Notes under the pieces: generated by a model
Told to the model about the DNA's origin: nothing
Databases searched by the model: none
What the model saw: the letters and a program-made list of their open reading frames with translations, nothing else
Source: a virus
Length of the DNA: 64,000 nucleotides
Direction: 5' to 3' (one strand)
IMG/VR virus record: IMGVR_UViG_3300034166_000560
Shown here: one piece after another, positions 29,056-36,026 of the stretch
Layout: each line of letters begins with the position of its first letter
How positions within the stretch are numbered: the stretch's first letter is position 1
Translations under genes and position numbers: made by a program

Positions 29056-30469
29056 AACGCTCGTTCATGATAGTGTCGAGCATAATCGATTCGGGAGTAA
29101 AGGTCTCTACGTTAGCCAAACCCTTCACCAGTGCTGGCGAGAATCCAGAAACAAGAGCAACTCCAGAAGTATCATACTTCACAGGCTGATTACCATACGC
29201 AGCATTTAGATTCCAGAACACGATCTTTGGTAGATCATAACCAGCATCCTGATACTTACGAGCAATCATCTGTAATGCGCTATCGTCGAAACGAGTGCAC
29301 TGGTTGAACTGCATGTCTGATAGAATAAGCAGCATGTCAGGCATTTCTTCCTGAGGCACATTACCCTTCTTAGCTACATCAAGAACCTTATCCAGAGCAC
29401 GGTGCAGATCAGTAGACATAGCCCACTTAGACTGAACCATCTGCTGGCACTTCTGAACGATATTACCGTTTAGGTGCAGCAACTGTGGGTTGTCGCTGAA
29501 AGTCAAGAAGGTATCCTTGAACGCTCCAGTGTTCTTGTCTGCAAGATACAGACCAAGAGACACAGCAACGTCAATGCAAGTAGTACCACTCTTTGAGTTG
29601 TATCCACCAGCAGGAGTGGTCATTGAACCAGAAACGTCAACCAAAGGTAGGATACGGGCATCCCCAACGAAGTTAGGAAGAGCATCCCACTGAGCCTGAA
29701 GATGTCCAAGTTCAGTGGCATCATAGTCGTTTGACCAACGATATGAACATAGACCCTTTAGAACATCGTAAGGATACACAGCACCAGCGTTCACCTTTAC
29801 GCCAGCTTCGCCCTTTACGAGCTTCTGAACATACTCAGCAAACTTTACAGAGTGCTTGTTGAATGCCTTCTTGTAACGAGAAGCAGCAAGAGAAGGAACC
29901 TTGTTGTAGTCGATCTCTTCCCACTGCTTTGCGCACATCTGAGTTTCAACAACGTTGGTTAGATTAACCAAAGTCTTACGATACTGCTTTGGAGTCATAC
30001 CAAGGAATGCACGTAGCTCTGCAGCCACTTCACCCTTACGAGGCATCCACTTAGCAACTAGACCAGCAGTATTCTGGTTAGACAATCCTTCACGGATAAA
30101 CTCGAACGCTTCCTTACGGACATCGCCCTTTGCAGTTAGGAGATCATCCCAACGACCAAGTTCCGGAACCTTATGCACGATACGAGCAGCAAGTGCAGGA
30201 TCGTTGTCGCATAGGTACTGGAAAATATCACGGAAGATCTTACGTTCACCAGATCCACCACGAGCATCACGTGCCCATAGAGCAATACGAGTTGCAAGTT
30301 CCTTGTTGGTAACATATGCAGCTACGAAAGCAGGGATGATATCCTTACCACGAGAAGCACCAATGTTGAAGTATAGATCAACTAGCGGAGACGCAGTTGA
30401 CTTCAGAGCCTTCATACCATTTTCAGTACGTGCTTCCTGATTCTTCACGGCATTAACAAAAGTAGACAT
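29045..30469 (-). CDS. TROVE/Ro60-like (DUF2828-type) helical + vWA protein
   Basis: TENG, RDARGG.GE, GRWDD, AKWMPR helical region; vWA MIDAS VDVSGSM, ILSDMQF, IVFWNL, VSGFS. Confidence 0.8.
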   Translation of the reverse strand: MSTFVNAVKNQEARTENGMKALKSTASPLVDLYFNIGASRGKDIIPAFVAAYVTNKELATRIALWARDARGGSGERKIFRDIFQYLCDNDPALAARIVHKVPELGRWDDLLTAKGDVRKEAFEFIREGLSNQNTAGLVAKWMPRKGEVAAELRAFLGMTPKQYRKTLVNLTNVVETQMCAKQWEEIDYNKVPSLAASRYKKAFNKHSVKFAEYVQKLVKGEAGVKVNAGAVYPYDVLKGLCSYRWSNDYDATELGHLQAQWDALPNFVGDARILPLVDVSGSMTTPAGGYNSKSGTTCIDVAVSLGLYLADKNTGAFKDTFLTFSDNPQLLHLNGNIVQKCQQMVQSKWAMSTDLHRALDKVLDVAKKGNVPQEEMPDMLLILSDMQFNQCTRFDDSALQMIARKYQDAGYDLPKIVFWNLNAAYGNQPVKYDTSGVALVSGFSPALVKGLANVETFTPESIMLDTIMNERYDY

Positions 30470-30487
30470 TTCACTTTCCTTTTCTAC

Positions 30488-30546
30488 AGATTGAACTTTG
30501 AGTCAAATTATCAGTTTGATTTTCATTGGATTGCTGAACTCAATCT
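30488..30546 (-). ncRNA. Array unit 1: Y-like scaffold with Ile-GAU anticodon stem-loop
   Basis: AGATTGA/TCAATCT closing stem, GTTCAGCAA, TCAAA-CTGATAA-TTTGA. Confidence 0.75.
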
Positions 30547-30555
30547 AAAATTAAC

Positions 30556-30664
30556 AGGATAGATTTTACGTGCTCTACCGACTGAGCTACTCCCCCATAG
30601 GGAAGGTGGGGCTCGAACCCACGACCACGGCTGTGTAAAAGCAAAACATTGCGGAAACTATCCT
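30556..30664 (-). ncRNA. Array unit 2: Y-like scaffold with circularly permuted tRNA-Val(UAC)
   Basis: AGGATAG/CTATCCT stem, TTTCCGCAA, then anticodon loop, T arm, closed acceptor stem and D arm. Confidence 0.85.
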
Positions 30665-30680
30665 AAAACTCTATATTACT

Positions 30681-30708
30681 ATTATACTACACTTTGCTTA
30701 GAAGTCAA
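30681..30708 (-). promoter_or_regulatory. Sigma70-type promoter inside the array
   Basis: TTGACT-16nt-TATAAT upstream of units 2, 1 and the TROVE-like gene. Confidence 0.7.
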
Positions 30709-30719
30709 GCAAAAATAAC

Positions 30720-30785
30720 AGGATAACATCTTTCTTCGATTACAAGTCGAGTGCTTATTCAGCGATGGTTTGCTGTAGTTATCCT
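30720..30785 (-). ncRNA. Array unit 3: scaffold with D-like arm and Thr-UGU anticodon stem-loop
   Basis: AGGATAAC/GTTATCCT, TACAGCAA, GCT-GAATA-AGC-A-CTCGA-CTTGTAA-TCGAA. Confidence 0.75.
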
Positions 30786-30794
30786 AGAACTAAC

Positions 30795-30845
30795 GGGATC
30801 AACTTGGCTTGTTTGTGAGCAACAGTTGAATGCTGAACTGATCCC
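30795..30845 (-). ncRNA. Array unit 4: minimal scaffold with small hairpin
   Basis: GGGATCA/TGATCCC, GTTCAGCAT, loop containing CTCACAA. Confidence 0.7.
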
Positions 30846-30860
30846 AAAACTTTATACAAC

Positions 30861-30967
30861 AGGATATATTTTTTAGCTCCATGGCTATTAACCACGATAG
30901 GATTTGAACCTATTATCTTCTGTAATAATACAGATGCTTCGACCGAAGTGTTTGCTGAAAATATCCT
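30861..30967 (-). ncRNA. Array unit 5: scaffold with tRNA body permuted at the D loop
   Basis: AGGATAT/ATATCCT, TTTCAGCAA, TCTGT/ACAGA arm, ATAGG-TTCAAAT-CCTAT, CGTGGTT-AAT-AGCCATG. Confidence 0.75.
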
Positions 30968-30977
30968 AAAACTAAAC

Positions 30978-31178
30978 TGGATGGTTGAAGGAATTTTTAT
31001 TATTGTTCTGGAGAGACCGATTAACTCGTACGAGTATATCCTTCAACTCTCCCTATCTAATGATTCTCACTAGCAATATTTTCTCTCACCGTAGTGGAGA
31101 AACTCTCTGAACAGTAAGAACCAAAGTTCTTACATCGGAGGAGCCTTACGACTCCGAGTGGTTTGCTGTATCCATCCA
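30978..31178 (-). ncRNA. Array unit 6: scaffold with 200-nt multi-hairpin cargo
   Basis: TGGATGG/CCATCCA, ATACAGCAA, GNRA and UNCG hairpins. Confidence 0.65.
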
Positions 31179-31187
31179 CAATAAAAC

Positions 31188-31242
31188 AGGATCAACTTGC
31201 ATTTTTCGTTCAAAGAAAAGTAGTTATTGCTGAACTGATCCT
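31188..31242 (-). ncRNA. Array unit 7: scaffold with Ser-UGA-like anticodon stem-loop
   Basis: AGGATCA/TGATCCT, GTTCAGCAA, TTTTC-TTTGAAC-GAAAA. Confidence 0.7.
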
Positions 31243-31248
31243 AAAATT

Positions 31249-31323
31249 TGGAGCGGGCGACCAGAATCGAACTGGCGACCAACAGTTTGGAAGACTGTGA
31301 CTCTACCCCTGAGTTACACCCGC
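31249..31323 (-). tRNA. tRNA-Gly(UCC)
   Basis: Cloverleaf, loop CTTCCAA, CCA. Confidence 0.95.
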
Positions 31324-31523
31324 AAACCCCATTTAATTTTCAACCAAATCCTTTCATGAATATAATAATCTATACTAAGAAGAAGATGAAGTATTGTAGC
31401 AAATCCTGTAGACTTGCCAATGTCACCAGTAAAAACGAAAGTCCAGAATATCGTAAACACCCATGCGGTTAAACGATAACTAATCATTCTTACTACTGTA
31501 CGTTTATGAGTTTCTTGTATCAT
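31314..31523 (-). CDS. DUF2061-like small membrane protein
   Basis: ETHKRTVVR.ISYR...YYIHERIW. Confidence 0.7.
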   Translation of the reverse strand: MIQETHKRTVVRMISYRLTAWVFTIFWTFVFTGDIGKSTGFATILHLLLSIDYYIHERIWLKIKWGLRV

Positions 31524-31635
31524 TGAGATAACATATTTATATCAGAAAGAATAAAACCAGCGACTATCATCAGTCCAAAGAAACAAATAATTTTGATTAT
31601 TGCGCTCAATTTATGATTCATAATATATCCTCGAT

Positions 31636-31710
31636 TGGATCAGGAACCTGGACTCGAACCAAGATTAACGGAGTCAGAGTCCGTGGTTTTACCGATTAAA
31701 CTATTCCTGA
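31636..31710 (-). tRNA. tRNA-Gln(CUG)
   Basis: Loop CTCTGAC, U1-A72, CCA. Confidence 0.93.
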
Positions 31711-31711
31711 A

Positions 31712-31787
31712 TGGTGCTGGCAGAAGGAATCGAACCCTCGACCTGATGCTTACAAGGCAACTGCTCTACCGTCTGAGCTATACCAGC
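31712..31787 (-). tRNA. tRNA-Thr(UGU)
   Basis: Loop CTTGTAA, CCA. Confidence 0.95.
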
Positions 31788-31788
31788 G

Positions 31789-32148
31789 TTATTGACACAC
31801 GGTGATCATAATAGGATCACCAAAAATATATCCCAGCGTATCCCATGGATCAGGATATGAAGTGCAAACTGGTTGAACAGGAACTTGCTGAACAACTACC
31901 GTTGGCGTAACTGGCATCATGTAAACTTGATTACTGACAATGCCAACTCCATTGGGAACGTATTGTGGAGGAATAACCTGCACAACTGGTGCTGGAGCAA
32001 CTACAACAGGAGCAGGTCTTACGACCTTCTTAACAACTCGAGTTGTCTTGTATGTGATAGTGCAACCATTACATACATCGATCTCTTGACCTGCATAAGC
32101 AGGAGTAGCGAAGAGAATAAGAGCGAGAGCGAGCTTCTTAATATCCAT
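31789..32148 (-). CDS. Exported Pro/Val-rich protein
   Basis: Signal MDIKKLALALILFATPAYA. Confidence 0.55.
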   Translation of the reverse strand: MDIKKLALALILFATPAYAGQEIDVCNGCTITYKTTRVVKKVVRPAPVVVAPAPVVQVIPPQYVPNGVGIVSNQVYMMPVTPTVVVQQVPVQPVCTSYPDPWDTLGYIFGDPIMITVCQ

Positions 32149-32434
32149 AGTAGTATCCTGACGGACCAGAGTAATACTGATAGCGAACTCCCGGATAGGG
32201 ACCATACGCATAGCCTGGACCAGTCGAGTAATATGGATACGGAGCGCCACGATAATACGGACCAGAAGCTAGACCACCAATGAGACCACCAAGAGCAAAA
32301 CCAGCAATGGCAGCACCACCGTAACCCCATCCTCCGCCATAGCCCCATCCGCCACGATACCAGGCATTAGCAGGAGTAGTAAGTATACCTAAAACAGCGG
32401 CAATAGCAACAATCTTTTTCATCTTCATCTCCAT
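32138..32434 (-). CDS. Exported Gly/Tyr/Pro-rich protein
   Basis: Signal peptide, GGWGY repeats, glycine zipper. Confidence 0.6.
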   Translation of the reverse strand: MEMKMKKIVAIAAVLGILTTPANAWYRGGWGYGGGWGYGGAAIAGFALGGLIGGLASGPYYRGAPYPYYSTGPGYAYGPYPGVRYQYYSGPSGYYYGY

Positions 32435-32520
32435 AAGATAGCAGATTAACCTTTGATCTACACGAGACTATTTCTGGCGTCCATCCCAATCTATAATTCT
32501 ATTATACCCTATTTATCCTA

Positions 32521-33453
32521 CTAGTCAACAAGTAACTGTCTTTTTGTCTGAAAAAGATACTGCTCTCTAATTTTATCGCCAAGTTCTATATAACAACAAT
32601 CGCCGCAATTCCTACCAGTAACGAGATAGTTAAGGACAGCATTTTTATAATTTGCTATGCGGTCTCCAACATTAAGAGCTCTCACATCAACCCCAAACCG
32701 ATGTAACAAAGATATAGAGTTATCAATGTAATACATATCTGAGTTATGGTCAAGTTTACATTCTCGGAGAAACTCTGCGTATTTATCAGGAGATAACTTA
32801 CCAAGACTATAAAGAACAGAATAAACGGTACCAAGTTTATTACCAAGGTTTCCGGATTTAAAAATGTCGCCCACATCCGATACAAGGCCATTGTATGAGA
32901 TATCCTCTATAGAAGTCTTGTCCCAGATAAAGTTCCAATCGTTCTTGATCATATACTCTAGTAACATATACAAACAGCTTGGTTCGCCCAGTTCTAGATA
33001 TTTAATCCTATCACATTTATAATTTAAAACAAAATAGTATTGCTGATTATCTTTATCGTAATTTACTGCTTTGATAACTTTAACAGAAGACAAATCAAAT
33101 TCTTCTGAGTTTTCAATAATAGATAATTCTTTTACGCCACAAGAGCCAATGAAGTCTGTAAACTGTGGCTGATATTTCTCTTGAAAGATACCACTCTTAT
33201 TATTGAACGCCCACTTACGAGCGTATGGTCCCATATAAAAAACGTCAGAGAAATCTACAACATCATAACCGTAAGTATTTACGATTGGATTACTATCCAA
33301 AAACTGGCCATGATATGGAGCACCAGCGCCTTTGTAATAATACTCTTTACCTTTCGACACTCTTCCATTTACATGCTGCAGGTCATCATCAATCTCTAGT
33401 TTGTCTACTACTTGGCCAACAGAATTATAAATTGGAACAGTTGTCATAATCAC
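32521..33453 (-). CDS. Hypothetical protein
   Basis: 310-aa ORF coupled to the upstream oxygenase. Confidence 0.55.
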   Translation of the reverse strand: MIMTTVPIYNSVGQVVDKLEIDDDLQHVNGRVSKGKEYYYKGAGAPYHGQFLDSNPIVNTYGYDVVDFSDVFYMGPYARKWAFNNKSGIFQEKYQPQFTDFIGSCGVKELSIIENSEEFDLSSVKVIKAVNYDKDNQQYYFVLNYKCDRIKYLELGEPSCLYMLLEYMIKNDWNFIWDKTSIEDISYNGLVSDVGDIFKSGNLGNKLGTVYSVLYSLGKLSPDKYAEFLRECKLDHNSDMYYIDNSISLLHRFGVDVRALNVGDRIANYKNAVLNYLVTGRNCGDCCYIELGDKIREQYLFQTKRQLLVD

Positions 33454-34034
33454 TCGCTGTAATGCATATACGAACTTAGTAAATACTTATCGCCTCTTAA
33501 TACTGCCTCGCCTGCATGCGGATACATCCAGAAAGGAGGGAACATTAACAGCTTACCTTTTGCTGGTTCGTAATGCAGATTGATATTCGTTATACAGGTA
33601 TTTCCGCCACTCTCTGGTCTGTTTAGATACCAAAAGAAAATCATAAACCGTTTGCCAGAAATAAGATCATTCGAATCGATATGTTCATCGAACCGATCTA
33701 TTGACTGTCTGTTAGGATACTCTCTGCCATCCGAATAATGTTTGATTCTAAACTCTTCGAATGCGAAATTCTTTGGCCAGAACCTAGTCTCCGGAACTTC
33801 CTTACGATATCTCTCGATACCATCGAATGCACGTTCAACTAGATGCTGATGTAGTGTAGGATGTATTAGTTTATGACGACTAAAATTCATCTGCGTCATA
33901 TTCGGAAAACCGTCATCATCATATCTGATATGAAGATCTGGTTTCCATTTAAACATCGCAATCAATTCATCGCAAATATCTTCTCCCAAATGATTGGGAT
34001 AGACCTTGCAATAATCATGTATGAAGGCAGACAT
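33450..34034 (-). CDS. 2OG-Fe(II) oxygenase (prolyl-hydroxylase-like)
   Basis: HID...FWYLN...GGNT...FPPFWMYPHAG..V..GDKY. Confidence 0.85.
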   Translation of the reverse strand: MSAFIHDYCKVYPNHLGEDICDELIAMFKWKPDLHIRYDDDGFPNMTQMNFSRHKLIHPTLHQHLVERAFDGIERYRKEVPETRFWPKNFAFEEFRIKHYSDGREYPNRQSIDRFDEHIDSNDLISGKRFMIFFWYLNRPESGGNTCITNINLHYEPAKGKLLMFPPFWMYPHAGEAVLRGDKYLLSSYMHYSE

Positions 34035-34049
34035 ACAACATCCTAAAAA

Positions 34050-34124
34050 TGGCTCCCTGAGAAGGATTCGAACCTCCGGCCAAGTCGTTAACAGCGACCT
34101 GCTCTACCACTGAGCTACCAGGGA
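34050..34124 (-). tRNA. tRNA-Asn(GUU)
   Basis: Loop CTGTTAA, CCA. Confidence 0.95.
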
Positions 34125-34128
34125 ATAT

Positions 34129-34863
34129 TCATTCTAAGAGATTATCTAAAACCTCTTCCATAAACTGTTTTCTAAGTTTTGATTTTCTAAACAAGTCATA
34201 ATAATATTCTAAAGGACTAATCAAAGGATATTTATTATTTCTTGCAGACAAATTTCGTTGCATCAAATGTAAAATTTTCTCTGATGGATAGAACTTTACC
34301 AGTTCTACATTTTCATCGGTCATAAACTTTACATTAAGATAAGGATCTCCACGTTTTAAAGTTACCTCATTATATCCGTTCCTCACGAAAAAGGCAAACT
34401 CTATGTTTCTAATCCATTCATATATATTAAACTGTCCTGGCATACCAATGGTTGTTTTACCAAACTCGGTATCGCCGAGATACGTAGGAGTCGTCTGAAT
34501 CTCTACGCTTTGTTCTGGAATAAACCAATAGTATAAATTAAGAGAGATCAATCTCTCTTTTGCCATTCTAACTCTAACAACATCATCAAAAAATTTCTGA
34601 TCATACATATCAGAATAGACATCGCCATCGTCAGTAAATTTTAAAGTGTAATCAATAGGAAATCTTAACTCATACGAATTATGAATTCTTCTTTTCATAC
34701 TAGGACAATACTTAAAATTGTCCAACGGTTTTAGATCGTTCGAAGGTAATTTATTAAACAGTTCCGAAGTTTTCATCGGTTCGTAATAATTCAAAAACTG
34801 GAGCGAATGATTATCACTCTCATTTACATTGAATGTATTTACTGCTGTCCAATAAACTTTCAT
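34129..34863 (-). CDS. Hypothetical protein
   Basis: AT-rich 244-aa ORF between tRNAs. Confidence 0.6.
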   Translation of the reverse strand: MKVYWTAVNTFNVNESDNHSLQFLNYYEPMKTSELFNKLPSNDLKPLDNFKYCPSMKRRIHNSYELRFPIDYTLKFTDDGDVYSDMYDQKFFDDVVRVRMAKERLISLNLYYWFIPEQSVEIQTTPTYLGDTEFGKTTIGMPGQFNIYEWIRNIEFAFFVRNGYNEVTLKRGDPYLNVKFMTDENVELVKFYPSEKILHLMQRNLSARNNKYPLISPLEYYYDLFRKSKLRKQFMEEVLDNLLE

Positions 34864-34874
34864 AACAACCTCAA

Positions 34875-34948
34875 TGGTACTGGGACCAGGTATCGATCCT
34901 GAACTACAAGCTCCACAAACTCGTGTGCTACCACTACACTATCCCAGC
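34875..34948 (-). tRNA. tRNA-His(GUG), no encoded G-1, A73
   Basis: Loop TTGTGGA; GCTGGGA/TCCCAGT-A-CCA; T loop ATCGATA. Confidence 0.88.
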
Positions 34949-34952
34949 AAAC

Positions 34953-35027
34953 TGGATCGGGGACAAGGACTCGAACCCTGATAGACAGAACCAAAATCTG
35001 CCGTTCTACCAATTAAACTATCCCCGA
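34953..35027 (-). tRNA. tRNA-Gln(UUG)
   Basis: Loop TTTTGGT, CCA. Confidence 0.93.
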
Positions 35028-35034
35028 ACAAAAA

Positions 35035-35118
35035 TGGTGCCGAGAGTAGGGTTCGAACCTACCGTGCTATAAGCGTCCGATTTACAGTCGGGTGCCCGTC
35101 CACTCAGGCGGTCTCGGC
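35035..35118 (-). tRNA. tRNA-Tyr(GUA)
   Basis: Loop CTGTAAA, long V arm, CCA. Confidence 0.9.
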
Positions 35119-35123
35119 ATTAA

Positions 35124-35200
35124 TGGAGTCCCGAACAGGATTCAAACCTGTAGCCTTCGGTTTCGTAGACCGATGCTCTATTCAGTTGAGCTATCGAGAC
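35124..35200 (-). tRNA. tRNA-Arg(ACG)
   Basis: Loop CTACGAA, CCA. Confidence 0.9.
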
Positions 35201-35678
35201 AATCCAGTAATGGAACAGGTGTGTAATCAATTACCTCAACGGAAACATTCTTATATGCTTCATCGGGCAAACTATTACGATGCACATGTCCATGAACATT
35301 ATACTTTGTTTTATACAGACTAGAAACATGCAATGGAATATGCGACAGAGTAGCATTGTATTCCGGAAACATTCTCCAGACCATAATCTTTTGAAAGACA
35401 TTCTGTATGTGTTCGTTCTTAGCATTATCATGGTTGCCAAGAATAAGACGCTTACGCCCTTTCAATCTGTAAAGATGCTGATGACCTTTACCAAAATAAA
35501 CATCACCTAGATGATACACAATGTCAGAGTCAGAAACAACACTGTTCCAACGTTCAACCATATGCTCATCCATTTCTTCAACAGAAGAAAAGTTTCTAAC
35601 AGGAGAACCATCTGCCTGTTTGAAGTTGAGTATATTAGCATGACCAAAGTGCGTATCACTAACAACAAAGATAGTCAT
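35178..35678 (-). CDS. Calcineurin-like metallophosphoesterase
   Basis: SDTHFGH, HLGD, GNHD, HGHVH. Confidence 0.9.
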   Translation of the reverse strand: MTIFVVSDTHFGHANILNFKQADGSPVRNFSSVEEMDEHMVERWNSVVSDSDIVYHLGDVYFGKGHQHLYRLKGRKRLILGNHDNAKNEHIQNVFQKIMVWRMFPEYNATLSHIPLHVSSLYKTKYNVHGHVHRNSLPDEAYKNVSVEVIDYTPVPLLDCLDSSTE

Positions 35679-35682
35679 AATA

Positions 35683-35760
35683 TGGTACTCCTAGTCAGAT
35701 TCGAACTGACACTAGCGATGATTTTGAGTCAACGTCCTCTACCAGTTGGGATATAGGAGC
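35683..35760 (-). tRNA. tRNA-Leu(CAA), short variable loop
   Basis: Loop CTCAAAA, CCA. Confidence 0.85.
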
Positions 35761-35766
35761 ATTATA

Positions 35767-35868
35767 TGGTAGGCCAGGTAGGAGTTGCACCTACACGTTA
35801 TCCATTATCCGGATAATAGACAACAGCGCCCAGCGTTAGCGCCACGGTTACTATTACGTCACTGACCT
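35767..35868 (-). ncRNA. tRNA-like RNA with aberrant anticodon loop and very long V arm
   Basis: AGGTCAG/CTGGCCT-A-CCA, T arm GTAGG-TGCAACT-CCTAC, 12-13 bp V-arm hairpin. Confidence 0.75.
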
Positions 35869-35872
35869 ATAA

Positions 35873-35948
35873 TGGTGCTTCCCCTCAGAATCAAACAGAG
35901 TCCTCTCGTTCTTCAGACGAGCGTGCGCATCAGCTACACCAGAGAAGC
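35873..35948 (-). tRNA. tRNA-Phe(GAA), divergent
   Basis: Loop CTGAAGA; T-stem mismatch; CCA. Confidence 0.8.
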
Positions 35949-35949
35949 A

Positions 35950-36026
35950 TGGTGCCCCAGGAGAGATTCGAACTCCCAACCTTCGGTTCCTAAGACCGAC
36001 GCCTCTACCAATTGGGCTATTGGGGC
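35950..36026 (-). tRNA. tRNA-Leu(UAG), short variable loop
   Basis: Loop CTTAGGA, CCA. Confidence 0.9.

Noticed and set aside
29955-30440. Long antisense ORFs (also 54914-55402, 44302-44733, 26281-26673)
   Set aside because: Shadow frames of well-supported genes, with no SD or recognisable motif.
30556-30664. Ordinary tRNA gene or simple pseudogene
   Set aside because: Arms are in permuted order, the acceptor end is sealed, all stems are intact, and it sits in the shared scaffold.
30488-31242. CRISPR array interpretation of the repeats
   Set aside because: Repeats are not identical direct repeats but covarying inverted termini; interiors vary from about 35 to 185 nt and are structured; no cas operon in the window.
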